A stretch of DNA of 57,996 nucleotides, the filler included, from Sphacelaria rigidula (Eukaryota), in the NCBI GenBank assembly GCA_964200075.2. It is 5 parts of 5 records of this genome, joined end to end, with 100 filler letters (N's around TTAATTAATTAA, not from the genome) between each part and the next. Parts side by side here need not be neighbours in the genome. Positions count along the whole stretch, not along the records: positions 1 to 11,520 come from CAXNAA020004835.1; positions 11,621 to 23,140 come from CAXNAA020004836.1; 3 more parts are not named here. One strand, written 5' to 3'. The position numbers and the translations under genes were made by a program. Each line of letters starts with the position of its first letter. The stretch's first letter is position 1. The notes beneath the pieces were generated by a model. It was given only the letters and a program-made list of their open reading frames with translations. It did not search any database and was not told the DNA's origin. This document shows, piece after piece, positions 1-12,344 of this stretch.

Positions 1-548
1 AAGAGAGATATGCCACTTCAGCCTCATATTTTGTATGAACCCCAAAAAATAAAATCGGCTGTTAGATAGTGTCGCAGGCGCTTAATGGCCCAAGTGATTA
101 CTCCGCCTTCCAGTTCTAGCGGGCTCCAATCGGCCTCGTTGGGCAGGGTAGAGCGGCTGATATAAAGAGTGGGTCGGACAAAGCCATCAAGCTGAGGTTA
201 ATTCAAAACTCCTCCAAATCCATTTGTGCTGGCGTCAGTATAGAGTTGGAAAAGGCGGGAGCCATCTTGTACTGCCTCCCAATCAGGAAAGAAACGTACG
301 GACTTTTCGGTAAGCGTCTTGAGTAATCGGCGGGTGATATTCTCCATTTCTGTGGTGAAAGAAAAGACGGCTCCTTTCTTGAGTAGCTCAGTAAGGGGGC
401 GAATCCGTTTCAATAAATTCGGTAAAAAATTGCGGTAGTAGGATAGCCCACCCAACAATGAGCAAAGTTGAAAAATGTTAGTTGGAATCGGTAAATCAGT
501 CATTGCCTTGACTTTGTATCCGGATGCAGGCCTGCTGGCGAAATGCAA
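1..548 (-). pseudogene. Gypsy RT connection/RNase H fragment
   Basis: LGGLSYYRNFLPN ... FFPDW ... FQLYTDASTNGFGGVL; frameshifted relative to RT and stopped at 198, with degenerate continuation to the contig edge. Confidence 0.85.
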
Positions 549-1315
549 TGCCCCAAGAATTCCAAGTCAGTCGCGCCAAGGCGAGCTTTGGATGGAGACA
601 GTTTCAAATCGTGCGTACGTAGGCGAGAGAAAAATTCTCGTAGAGTGCGTATATGTGCGATAGGTGCGGGATCCAAAGCGATAGCGTCATCTAAGTACAT
701 GATGATGTGCTCGAGGCCCTCGGTGACGCGTTGCATTGAGCGTTGAAGGCATCCCGGGGCAGTGGCGGCGCCTTGTGGCATGCGAAGCCACTCATAGAGT
801 CCGGACGAGGTGCAAAAAGCCGTCAGTGGGACTGTGTCAGGGCGTATAGCATTCTGAAACAATCCAGAAGCGAGTTCGAAGGTGCTGAATATTTTGCCGT
901 CGCCTAAGGAGTCGAAGACTTCATCAATGCGGGGAATTTGAAGTTTACCGACGACAGGGACGCGGTTCAACCGTTGATAATTCACGGTGATGCGTATGTT
1001 TCCATCCTTTTTGGGGAGGACCACAAGTGGCGAGGCCCAAGGAGAGGAGGAATGTTGGATTTGTTTTGCTCCCAAATACGCATCCAAGATGGCGTTAACT
1101 TTCTTGGTGAGGATTGGGTTGGTACGGTATGGCCGAGAAGAAATCGGCGAGACACCGGGTTGGAGGGTAACTTCAAAAGGCAGTGTTTTGCAATGCCCAA
1201 GATCCGTCTTGGATCGGGAGAATCGGTCTTGGTACTGTAGCAGGACATCACTGAGTTCTTCGGTGACTGCCGGTTCCCAGCCGGGCCCATGAAGGTTGAA
1301 ATTGATGTCGCGCAT
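500..1315 (-). pseudogene. Gypsy reverse transcriptase domain
   Basis: PISSRPYRTN, SSSPWASPLVV, RITVNYQRLN, TAFCT, GLYEWLRMPQG, MYLDD, FLGH motifs. Confidence 0.93.
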
Positions 1316-1333
1316 GTGTGGCGGCAGTTGGTT

Positions 1334-2389
1334 CTACATGTGCAAGAAACTATTCCGAGACTCTGGTGATAAACGTTGAAGCACTTCAGCGGGAGGATCG
1401 GAATTCGACTGAGCAGGATCCACGGTGTGGACCTGGGGTGGAGTAGCAGAGGCGAGATCGAAATAAGGTTCATCGACACAATGTACTTTCTCCGCCGGAG
1501 ATGTGGTGTTTGGTGCGGCAGGCTCTGTGTCGCACGTCTCGAGTGGGATGTGCATCAGGGGAGCAGCGGCGATTCCTAAAACATCGCCGGGTTCCAAGTT
1601 AGCATGTCCCGTAAGAGGGAGGAGTTGTTGTCCCGCCGACACAAAGTGTTCTGTGTCGGCCGTTGCGCCAATATGGGGTAACATTTCGGTAAGATATTGG
1701 CCCGTAAGTGCTGGCATGTCATTTCGGCGAACGAGTGCAACTTCAAGAAGTTGGGGGTCGTCGAAGAGTGTTATACCCACGCTACCGTTATATCGTAGGT
1801 GGTAAGCAGCTCCGGTTGCTTGAGGATTCTTCTGATAAGCCAGGGTGCCGTGGAGAGTACCGAAGTGCTCGAGGTTGAATTCTCCACGTGGCGAGGAATG
1901 TGGTGTTGGGGGTGGAAGCGTGCGGTGGGTGCGTTTACTAAACCGCATATAGCTATCTCTGCCAAATAATATGGCGTGATGCATGGTGCTGTCGGGGACA
2001 ACGTATGCCCAGACTGCCAGGCTGGCAGATCGAGGGGTGTTGTGAAATAACTGCACACTGAGACGTGCGGATTTACGAGTCGTCAGTGGCGCGGCAGAGT
2101 CACCGAAACCGCCCCACACGCGAGGTTTGGTGGTGGTTTCGCAAGCTGCAGTAGCAGCGCCAGTCTGTTTCATGTTCCCTGTTGATTTTCGAATATATGT
2201 TTGCGGGCTGCCGCTGTCCAACAAGGATACGCATTTCGTAGGTGTGATAGAGTTTGGATTGACATGCATCGCTACGCGAGTAGTGAAAGTGGCCGGATCG
2301 ACAGACACTTTGCCGCCGACAAAATCCGGACCGTGTTCCGGCAAGGTGAACTGGTCAGGATCAGCGGGGCTGACAGCAAAAACGCACAC
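1334..2389 (-). pseudogene. Gypsy aspartic protease and spacer region
   Basis: LLDSGS catalytic motif and downstream AILFGRD motif; in frame with RT across a stop codon. Confidence 0.8.
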
Positions 2390-3182
2390 CGGTGGGTCAG
2401 ATGTCTCACCAGAGAAGGGGGTGGACGGTATATTATTTCCAGGTGTGGCACGGTCATTGGCGATTTCGTTAATGATCGTCTCTGGTTGACAGGGATCACC
2501 GTCAAAGGGGGATCCAGAATGTGCGGGGCTGGAGCCGTCGATTGAAGAAGTAGTACCGTCAGAATCATGTAATTTTGTTCCTTCCGGGATACTTGATAGA
2601 GCCGTCGAGCTCGAAGTCGTCGCATTTGGAGAGATTGAGGTCGAGGATTTCTGCTCGAAAGAAGTGTACGTAATGATGCGCGCGCGTCCTTGGGGGCATG
2701 CTTACGGGGCTTTCTCTTTCGCCGTGACAAAGGTCGGGGAACTTCCAAAACATTTGGGGATGAAACAACAACTGCATCCAGTTGCGTGGATGGGATCAGC
2801 ATCGGGGTATGGCGGAGCGAAACTTGTGGGCTGCTTTCCGTAGGCAAGTTTGGCTGTTGGGGCATAGCCAAAGATATGTTGAGGCGGTTGTTAATAAAAC
2901 CGGTCGAAGGTAGGTCCGTGCGTCTTGAAATTCACGGGGAAGGAGGAGCCCGATTGAACTGATGGGGAATTACATGATCCGACGTGGTCAGGTTCAAATC
3001 AGCAACACTTAGGTCAGCTGAAAAAGGCTTGCTGCTACCTGTGCGTGCGGTCGCTGAGGGAAGCCTTTGCCTCAGGGACTGGCGGCTGGTCTTCCAACAC
3101 CTCAGACTTATACTCGGTACTGAAGGACCAAGTTCAGTGCCGGGTGTAGGTCTGAGTCGCGGGGTGGCACAACTGTTACGCG

Positions 3183-3420
3183 GTGTGTGGAGGGGCGAAG
3201 ACGGGGGTCGATTTGAACGGCCGTCAGTTGCGCTCCTGCATAGTGCCGGGAGAGCCGGGCGGACAATCTTTGTCGCGGGCTCTGCGGGCTGTGTTGAAAA
3301 TTGTGTGGAGGTTCGAGACGGGGGTCGATATGAACGGCCGTCAGATACGCTCCTGGATAGTGCCGGGGGAGTCGAGTGAGCAATGTTTGACACGGACTCC
3401 GCGGACTGTGTTGAAAAAGT
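3183..3420 (-). repeat. 117-bp tandem duplication (39-aa repeat) between the gag-like region and protease
   Basis: gacgggggtcgat(t/a)tgaacggccgtcag at 3200 and 3317; translates to PALSRSVSDGRSYRPPS / PALCRSATDGRSNRPPS. Confidence 0.85.
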
Positions 3421-3562
3421 CTTCGCTCGTTCTATCGACGGCGTGGAAGACCGAAGAACGCCGGCGTCGGCACGTCATGGATCTAAGCGATCTGTAGTGA
3501 AGGTACCAGGGTTTCTGGTGTTGGGATTAGAATCTTGTGTCGGTCCCGTCCGCTGGTGTCTA

Positions 3563-6500
3563 TCAGCGGAACGTTTGTTGTCGCGATAATTCATATATGA
3601 ATGCTGTTGTTGAATTCAGATAAACATCATCCCAAGTTTCCTCGGAAAACGGCCAACCGTCAAAACTCGCGCTAAATGCATGTCTGATACTCTGAACATG
3701 CATAACTGAACCGGCGACTGAGTCGGGGGTCCATGAAGCGCGACACGAGCTCAAATTCCTGCCGCGAGCCCCTTGGGCATGAGCGGAGGACACAATCGTA
3801 GGTTGTGAACGCACAGACGTCGAAGGTTTTCCACGTATGGCAGGCGTTAAAATACCCTCTTGATGTACAAAAGCAGACCACATAGTATCAACGGAGGCGT
3901 AAGGCACCTCGTGATGCGCCAAGACACCCGGAAACAACGACGGCATCAGAGCCGGATACTGTTGAGCAGCGCTATTGCGAACGTGAGTCTGACACATTGC
4001 GTCACTCGGTCCGTTCTGACGTCCGACTCCCGTCGTACCCGAAACCAAAAGCTCAAATTCGCGGAGATAGTCCGCGAAAGGGACATCAGAGGCGACAACA
4101 AAGGAACTCAGCCTCTGGATGGCACTAGCCGGGTCACTTTTATCGAAGCAACCGATCAGACGCCTCTCCAAATCAGAGAGTAATACCGGGTCTGTCTTCC
4201 CCTTGGCACGATCCGGGTCCATCTCGGCGAGGAATCCGTCGAGAACCTGCGTCAAAGAAGCAGTGAGGTCGGGAGAGCGGCGGCTGATCGATCGATGCAT
4301 TGCTTTGTGCAAGTGAGTCTGCCAGCCCTCTACCCAGGCGGAAGCTTCGAAACGTTGTGTGCCAGTCACATCCGCGAAGTGAAGGATGCTACAAACAGTG
4401 CGACGGATGGACGTGATGAGGGCAGAAGTAAACTGGCCCGAATCTTCGTTATCCGCGGCAGGCATGGTTTTGATGTGCCAGACTTTGTTCACATCCATTT
4501 GAATATACTGTCTCTGTATTGCAGCTACTCGGGCAGACTCAGCTCTATCGGAAGCTTTTTTTTTGCTAGCTTCGGAACGCTCTTTGTCAGCCGCAGCCGT
4601 TGCTAAGGCGCGGGCTGCAGTAGAAGACGAAGGACGGTCAGGTGTATACGTATCGGACAAACCTCAAATGCGGGCCGAAACATCAGCCAACGTAGTGACC
4701 ACTTGCCGGGGAATCTCCGAGCCCGAGGCGGGAGGAGCTGCACCGGACCGGTTCCAGGCCGATGCCGATGATCCGGAAGAGTTGCCTCCGATGTGCTTGC
4801 CTTTCGGTTTGCGGGGCGGTCGGTTTGATCCGGAACCGCCCGAAGAGGATCCTCCACCGCCATGGCGGCGGCGTGAATTCCCGCCATTGTTGTCATCGTC
4901 ATCGCGACGGTGATTCTTCTTGTGACCCCGACAATTGGAGGTCGTGGTGGTCCACTCATCCTCATCTTCGTTATCGTCGGGGAGAGTCACGGCGGGATCA
5001 GAGTTAGAAGCGGCGCGCAGCGCCGCAAAAAGGTTGGTGACAGTGTCGACGTACCGGTGGAGATGCGGAATATCGCCGATTGTCGCCTGGAGGACCAGTT
5101 GATCCAAGGTGATCGCCGACACGCCGTCGTCTGGGAAGAAGCCGCCCTGTTCCACGCAGCCACCAATAAAGGCTAACATGCGTTGGGATATGGTGTTCCA
5201 AGCGTGGCGGGAACAGTGCAGATGATTGTTGCGGTGAAAGGGGCCGGTATAATCGGCCGCAGACCGAGAAAGCCACACTCGTTCGTGTGATACAAGTTGC
5301 AAGCGTGTGGTGGGGCTGGTAGTGACCGCCGGGCCAGCTGCACGAGGCGGCGTGGGGGCGGCGGCGGCCGCGACAGATGACTCCCTGTCGGACTTACGTG
5401 GGATCACGTAGTCCGACCTGGTGGGCGTGGGCTGTCGAGGAGGTCGAGCTTCAACCAAGTGATCGGCGGAAGGCGGCGGGGAGGCTTGATAGTGAGTCAC
5501 CCGCGCCATCGACGAACCTGCTTCTTGCGTAGTGCGCCGAAGATGATTTTGTAGCTCGCGAACCCTCCTTTGTGCCGTCAAGGCTGCAGTCTGCCCTTCC
5601 TGCTATGCCCTGTGCGCCGCCGCCTTGGTGGCTTGGGCGACTGAAGCCTGTCGCTGAAAATCCTTTAGCTTGGCAGCATATTCCTCGGAAAGGAGGCGGG
5701 CGGCAGCCTCGTCAGCATTGCGTTGCTGGTCCAGTTTGTTGCGGGCTAGCGCCGGGGCTTCATACGCATAGTCATGAATGAGCTGTTCTTGTTCCGCGCG
5801 GGGGCGGTCCTTGAATAACCTCAACAGAAGCCCGGTGGGGCAATGCTCGTCGCCGAGCGGAGGAAGATCCTCCACCGAAGGAGGCGAGCGCACGGAGACG
5901 TCCCCGACAGGGCCAGTGGTGGGACCACTATCGGCATCTGTGTCTACTGCAGGCTGGGCGGCAGCAGGAGTTGGGACCGTGGCTGCAGTGGCTGCGGCAG
6001 AAGGCACAGTAATCGCGGTAGTGGCGGCCGCGGCTGTAGTGGGAGCGGCGTTGGTGGTCTCCCTCGTAGGCTTAGGAGCAGCGGTAGTGCACTTCGTGTC
6101 CATGGTTGCTGTTGCGAGTTGTCGTTCGAGATCTGTCAAACGTTGTTCCAGGGAACGAATAAGCGCAGCGTCGGAACGAGGCGGTGGTTCGCGGTCAGTT
6201 CGTGGTCGTCACTTGTGCGATGAGGTGCGGCCAGATCCCTCAATTGAGGATTCCAGAGCCGGTGACATGTCCGATAACATAGTTTGGATATCATCAGCAT
6301 GTGCAGTGTTATCATTGCGTACATGACGGCTGTGTGGCAATTGCTAAGCAGGAGAGATGCGCGAGGGTGCATGATCGGTGTTTTTCGAGCGCAAGTTAAC
6401 GCGCGCAGGCCGTGATCTGTGCCGCAAGGCATCCTCGTGAGTACGTTCACGGTCAGCATTCACCCGGCGCTGCGGAGCGCGTGGTGAGTTGGAGCTGCGA

Positions 6501-7580
6501 CGTGAACTACCGTCGTAATTGTATCCATGAGTGAAGTGTTTCGGGCGTGTAGAAACGCGCGATGAAGTCAAGCTTTGCTGGGAGTTGCCCTCAGAACTGC
6601 CAGAACAGGAGACGTGGTCGTGGCCAAGTCTTGGTGTGCGGCGCCGGTCAGAAGCACGAGTAAGGCGCTGCTGCGACGTTGAGGAAGGGCTGGACTCATG
6701 TTCGTTGAATTTATCATGAGTCACGAACGGGAGCGCGGTGTCGCAGAACGGCACGCCAAACGTATGGGTTTGGGCGTAACAGGTGAAGAATCATCATCGA
6801 ATTACACATGAGCAGACGCCGATTGATTTTGGAGCGTTGCGTGGCAAAAAGCCGTAAATGCCTCGATGAGGGCTGGCGCTGGCGATGGCGACGACGCCGA
6901 AGATGCGCGATGCAGAATTTGCATGGCAGCATGCATGGCTGCAACTGCCGGTCCGACATTGGACTATGCAGTACGGCGCATGGGACTATCGAGAGTCGTG
7001 CGAAGGGGGTCCGTAACGGAAGCAGCCCGTGTGACAAAGTCCCTTGCTCCAGAAGCGATGCGCTTCGTCGGGACAGAATCGTCTCGAGAGTTGGCAGCCG
7101 TCAAGCGACGGGGTGCCACGGTTGAAGAAACCAGTACAGGGCCAAGCTAGACACGTGTGTCCAGGGGCAACGACTCAACTGAGGGCACAATCCTAACTCC
7201 GGATTCCACATTGGGATTCGGGAGAGCAGGGGCCAGCGAGGGGTGTGCGACGAAATCCACCGTTATGGGCTCACTGACATGTTCGTCAGGAACCAATGAC
7301 TCGGCCAGTTGCACTACCATATTCTCTGAGTCCGGGTCGCAACGTGAGAGAACAGGTCTCGGCGTCAAAGTCTTGTCTTCAAACCTTGAAGAACGAGCTT
7401 CGCTCGAACGTTGGTCTTCAGATCCCGAAGAACGAACAGCGCTCGCATACGTGCGGTGATGTGTTGAAGGTGGCGTACCGCTCATCTTCAAAGATTTCGA
7501 ACTGCCAATAGTTACCGGGTCCGGCGAAGCGGTTGATTTCCCAATGAAGGGGAAGAGCCAGCGTTATTTCTTTGCGACAT
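3563..7580 (-). pseudogene. Very long Gypsy ORF1 (gag-like), interrupted
   Basis: ORFs 6344-6754, 5603-6139, 4664-5581 and 3563-4660 share one frame, separated by single stops. Likely start ATG at about 7580 (MSQRNNAG). Capsid-like helical segment AIQRLSSFVVASDVPFADYLREFELLV. Confidence 0.65.
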
Positions 7581-7787
7581 GATAATCGTACGCAGCCTTC
7601 GTGCTTAAAACGGAAGGTGCAGTATGTCTGATCTGCGGGCTCAAATCAAAGGAGCGTGACGCCAAGAGATGCTAAGTGCAAAAGCCGAAGCTTGTATCCG
7701 CAAATACTGGATAAAGAAGCCTAATAGCGCCGGAGGGGACCGTGGGACCTAATTTACTTGAGTAATTTATTCAAGCGAATTGCGGTT

Positions 7788-7853
7788 TGTAGCAGCTATG
7801 TCCGGGGTCTGATTAATTCAACTTTATTCAAGTTGTGGCGGTAATAGCTAGCA
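7788..7853 (-). repeat. Candidate 66-bp LTR (TG...CA) at the 5' end of the Gypsy element
   Basis: Minus strand TGCTAGCTAT...ATAGCTGCTACA with imperfect terminal inverted repeats and an internal AATAAA; lies between the Gypsy leader and the Copia LTR. Confidence 0.55.
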
Positions 7854-7859
7854 CGGGTT

Positions 7860-7960
7860 TGTGCACAGAACAGACGTATGTCGTCGAAGACGAGCGAAGA
7901 ACAAATTGTCTGTACCAGCGTTGGTACGTGGAAGAAAACCAATGCACGTACACCTCAACA
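7860..7960 (-). repeat. Copia 3' LTR (about 101 bp, possibly partial)
   Basis: Purine-rich GAAAGGACA followed by TGTTGAGG at 7960 on the minus strand; a possible ...GTGCACA end at 7860. Confidence 0.55.
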
Positions 7961-8032
7961 TGTCCTTTCGGGACTGAGAGCATTTATTTCTCTTGTCCTC
8001 TTGAAACAATATTCACATCGAATTTTACCTAC

Positions 8033-11000
8033 TCAAGATTGCATCAACATTTGTCTTGCTTCAACAAATTTCAGTGGTCCTAATGATTTCGTGAGTAGGT
8101 CTGCTCTCTGCTTATCCGTAAAAATGTTCACTACAACAACTACGTTCTCCTTGACGAGGTGCCTGATGTAATGATACTCGACACCAATGTGTTGCGTCCT
8201 AGGGTGGTAATGATCCGTGGTGGCTGATTTCAGGGCTCAACTATTATCTTCGTGAATTGTTGTCGCCTGAACCTGTTCAAATCCAGCGGACGACATCAAA
8301 TCCCGTAGGTATACACACTCTTGTTCACCTTTTGACAATGCTACATACTCTGCCTCCACGGTGGATAGTGTAACGATTGTTTGTCGCTGTGACTTTCAAT
8401 CCAGAGGGCCACCAGCTTAATAGAAAACGTACCCGGTTGTCGAATAACCTTCATCCGGGTCTCTGGCGTGATCAGCGTTTACGTATCCTACCAGCCTGTC
8501 ATTTTTATCACCTATACTCCTTCTGTACGTAATATGGAGATTTGTAGTACCTCTTAGATACCTTAATACTCTCTTCAATTTCATCATTGCTCGCTTTCCA
8601 GGAGATGACATACTTCTAGATGATATCATGACTGGAAATGTTAGATCCGGTCGTGTGCAGCGACTCAAGTACAATAACGATCCCGTCGCAGCTCTAAAGT
8701 ATGTTGTCCTATCCTGCGTCAGTACATCCTTTTCCCTCATACTAATTTGTTTGACTTCGGCGGGAGTCTTCGTCGAGTTCGCTTCTTCCATGCCGTAGGT
8801 GTCCAGAATTCCTCTAGCATACGTCTCCTGCGATAGCTGAATCGTCCCTGTTGAAACGTCTCGCTTGATTGCCAGTCCCAGTAGAAACGTAGCAGGTCCC
8901 AGATTCACCACTTTGAATCTTTCCATCGATTGACTTTTAGCTTCCTCGATACTTGCGATATCTCTGCCTGATAGCAGTATATCGTCAACATACAACAACA
9001 GTAACGCATCTCCGCCCTGGAAGACATACAGACACGCGTCGGCGTGACTGAAGTCAAACCCCTGTGATAGTAGAAAAGAGTGGATAGTCCCCCACCAGCC
9101 ACGCGGTGACATGCGAAGTTCATAAAGCCACGCTCGCAATTTCCATATTTGTTTCATCTGTCTCTCCGTGCACTCAAAACCTTCCGGAGGAATCACGTGC
9201 ACATCCGGATCGTTTGGTTCCACGCGGGCTTGGAGGAACGCTGTTTTCACGTCCAGTTGATGTAGTGGTAGCTTCTCTCTGGCCGCTAGCGCGATCACCA
9301 AACGCACTGATTCCAGATGGGCGACCGGAGCCGACTTGTTTCTACCCGTATCTGCCTTATGAAACCCTTGTACAACTATCCTCGACTTCTGCCTTACAGG
9401 TTTTCCTTCCTTGTCGTACTTCCACTTAAAAATGAATTTCGAGGGAATGGGTTTGACTACCTTGTCCTGTGGAGGATCAACCCACTCGAACACGTCGTGA
9501 TCTTGAAGTGATTGGCATTCTTCTCCGATGCTTTCGATCCACCCTTTGCTATCGTCGCCACTGACAGCTTCCGGGTAATTCTTCGGGTCCGTTCTTGAAG
9601 ACTCATCTTGTTCTTTCCCCTTTTCGTTGATGAGACCCGTCACTAGAGCATACTCTACTCGTTCATAGCTCAGTTCCTTGTGGTCGTACACTTCTTCTTC
9701 TTGTATATCCGCCGACAGCGACCAGTGTCTCGTTTTCCCCTCCTCACTGCGAGCCTCTATTCTAGCGCTTCTACGCAACTGAGTTCCCTCACCAGCGGAA
9801 GATTCATCGGCGGTAACTGGTACAGGCTGTTGCGGTTCACTTGATCCTACAGGTGAAGGGTCTTCGTTGGACTGCGAGTCATAAAGGTTTGCGGGGAAGC
9901 TAGGCATACCTTCGCGATCGTCCACCTTTTTCGAGCAGTCCCTAGTAGCTTTGTCTCGAAATGATACTTCTCCAGAGTTGACAATCTTAGTAGGGTTCGC
10001 CGGGTTCCACAAACGCCATGTGCGGTTGTGGCTGTTGTAGCCTACGAGGTAGTATTTCTCCGCACGAGGTGCTAATTTCCCACTCCTGTAGCGAACTTCG
10101 ACGTGCTTAAATGCAGTGCAGCTCCATTCATGTGTGTGCTTGAGGCTACACAGGTCTTTATCGTACCACAGCTCCCAGGGTGATTTACCATCCAATGCGG
10201 ACGAAGGGGTCCGATTGCACACATACACGGCTGCTTGAGTCGCTTCCACCCACAACTTATCTGACATGTGCTTTGCCCCCAACATGAAACTACGTGTTAT
10301 TCCTATAATTATCCCGAAACTACGCTCAGCGATGGCCTTTTCTTGCGGAATATACGGTGCGTTGGTTTCAATTTTTGATTCCCAACGAATCCGTCAATTC
10401 ATAAAATCGTCCCTTAAATTCGCCACCACCATCACACCTGATTCGGCCGATACAGAGCCCCTCCGGATCCGCCACGTCTTTCACAGATTCCTCCAGGGCT
10501 TCAGCTGCTCCGTCCTTTGACTTCATAGCGTAGATCCAACGCATTCGAGACATATCATCGGTGAACATAACCAGGTACTTGCATTTGGTATATGACTCGG
10601 TAATGTGTGGGCCCCACAAGTCGGCGTGGACGAGTTCGAGTCGCCGTGAGCTACGTGGGCGATCAGACCTCGGGTGTGATGTTTTCTTGTGCTTCGGTAG
10701 AGAACATGCATGGCAGTCCAAGTCTTGAACATTTCCGGACAGCTTGACACCACTTCCTTCTCGTTCCGCGAGTTGCTTCAGGGTTTTGATATTACAGTGC
10801 CCCAAACGTCGATGCCAAATCTCAGATTAGTTCTGTTCTGATGCGAAAACCTTCTCTTTGTTGTGCGCGATAATCACTGGTAAGACAAACATGCGCTTTA
10901 TCTCCTTGCTAACCGGAAATATTTCATCCCCGAATTTAAGCATAGGAGGGTCAGGGAGTAGATTCAAACCCACGACCCTCTCTTCCAGAGCTCCAACAGA

Positions 11001-11460
11001 AAATAGATCTGCCCCCAGTTTTGGCACAAGCAGTACCTCGAGGTGCACTGAAATTAGCCGCCCTTTAACAGTTCGTAATTTAAAGTGTAGACGGTCTTTC
11101 GTGTTTGCGTAATTGGTCCCACAGGAGCCTTGGACTTGTACCCTGCACTCCTCAAGGTCTGGCACATTCCGAGCCAAAGCCGATGACGAGTCGAGCATAT
11201 GCGCGCTCGCCGCACAGTCAAGAAACACATTATGCATCTTATTACTCTCTGTGCTGTTGTATGTGCTCGCTGTGCTATCATCCTCATTCACAACTCGGCT
11301 ACACCAGGCCACGGTCGTTTCACTTCCTTCATCGTCGTTTCGAACCTTCGACCTGTTGACTCTTGCGCCTGGTGGTTTGCCACCGTATTCTCTTCTGTGT
11401 TTTTCTTTCAACTCGCAAGCTTTTGCGGAGTGTCTAGGACGCCTACAGAGTCATCCTACG
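8033..11460 (-). pseudogene. Copia gag-pol polyprotein, pseudogenised
   Basis: ORFs 10827-11411, 10368-10805 and 8417-10285. RNase H continues past in-frame stops (YVFY*AGGPLD*KSQRQTIVTLSTVEAEY...EDNS*...ADLLTKSL) to TGA at 8033-8035. Confidence 0.9.
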
Positions 11461-11520
11461 ATAGGGGGGGGGTATTTGGTTGCACGAAAAAAGAGGCTCA
11501 CAAGTGTGTCAGACATCCTT

Positions 11521-11620
11521 NNNNNNNNNNNNNNNNNNNNNNNNNNNNNNNNNNNNNNNNNNNNTTAATTAATTAANNNNNNNNNNNNNNNNNNNNNNNN
11601 NNNNNNNNNNNNNNNNNNNN
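11521..11620. other. Artificial contig linker
   Basis: N44-TTAATTAATTAA-N44, with stops in all six frames. Confidence 0.98.
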
Positions 11621-12147
11621 AGCTTTTCATGATCGACATGCAGAAGATCACGGGTCCAGAAAATAAAAAAAAAAAAGAAGTTATGGGCATTTGAAATTTC
11701 AGCAAAAACAAGATAATGCCGTAAGTCCAGGAAAAAAAAGTGAATCTGCAGCTGGACACGTGAAGTGTCAGTCCCTTTGGCGCAGAAGGTCTTCCTGAAA
11801 TTTCAGCTCAAGACTCGTCGAACTGGGCCGTGCGTTTAACATTTTCCGTGACGCTGCTGCACCCCTATAAATCAAGTGATGGGAAACTCCAATGATGAAG
11901 GTCATGAGCTCGAATCCCGACAGATTTTTCTTTTTTTTCGTCCGTCGTTAAGGTTATACATTATACAGTACATTTTTTTCATTTTTTTTTTTTTCATTCA
12001 GCGGCGGTGCCGTGTGTCACCAGGTTGATCTACACTTCACAGTGATACGCTTACATCGGGTTCATTCGGGAAACCGGGGAAGCTGTGGTGTGAGCAAGTT
12101 GTAGCAGCTTTTAAGCTGGCCTAGCTCGTACAATTAGAGTGAGTGAG

Positions 12148-12344
12148 GGTGTCAGTGTGCCGGTGTACTGTTCGGTTTTGTACACTGCGGCCATACCAAA
12201 AAAGCCGTATCGTATCGAATATCAATACTCGATACGTATCGTGTTATTCTCGGAATGTCGACAAAAATATCGGTATCGGCGGTTGTGGTTCGATATTCTA
12301 AGAATATCTGTCGAACTTTTTTCTCGGTCCGATATGCAACCCTG
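12148..12344. mobile_element. Probable hAT-type MITE fragment
   Basis: Ends ...GATATGCAACCCTG (CAGGGTTGCA-type terminus) with internal CGATA/TATCG reiterations; the left end matches poorly. Confidence 0.3.

Larger units (their letters stand above)
1..7853 (-). mobile_element. Ty3/Gypsy LTR retrotransposon, degenerate, 3' part (integrase, 3' LTR) cut by the contig start
   Basis: Minus-strand order: long ORF1/gag-like region, aspartic protease (LLDSGSPQTYI), RT (PYRTN, SSPWASP, MPQG, YLDD), RNase H (LYTDAS). PR-RT-RH order is Gypsy. Several frameshifts and in-frame stops. Confidence 0.93.
7860..11460 (-). mobile_element. Ty1/Copia LTR retrotransposon, degenerate, 5'-truncated
   Basis: Zn-knuckle remnant (CRRPRHSAKAC), protease (FLDCAASAHM), GAG-pre-integrase (WHRRLGH...CHAC), integrase (HADLWGP, RIRCDGGGEF), RT (LDVKTAFL, YVDD), RNase H (STVEAEY, RADLLTK). 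IN-RT-RH order is Copia. Confidence 0.95.

Noticed and set aside
6338-6346. TAG-CAA-TTG on the minus strand, resembling the UAG-CAR-YYA readthrough signal
   Set aside because: Imperfect match, and the same frame has other stops (about 6208, 5603, 4664) without such context; decay is the simpler explanation.
11565-11576. Recurrent TTAATTAATTAA palindrome
   Set aside because: Synthetic six-frame stop linker inside N runs; not biological.
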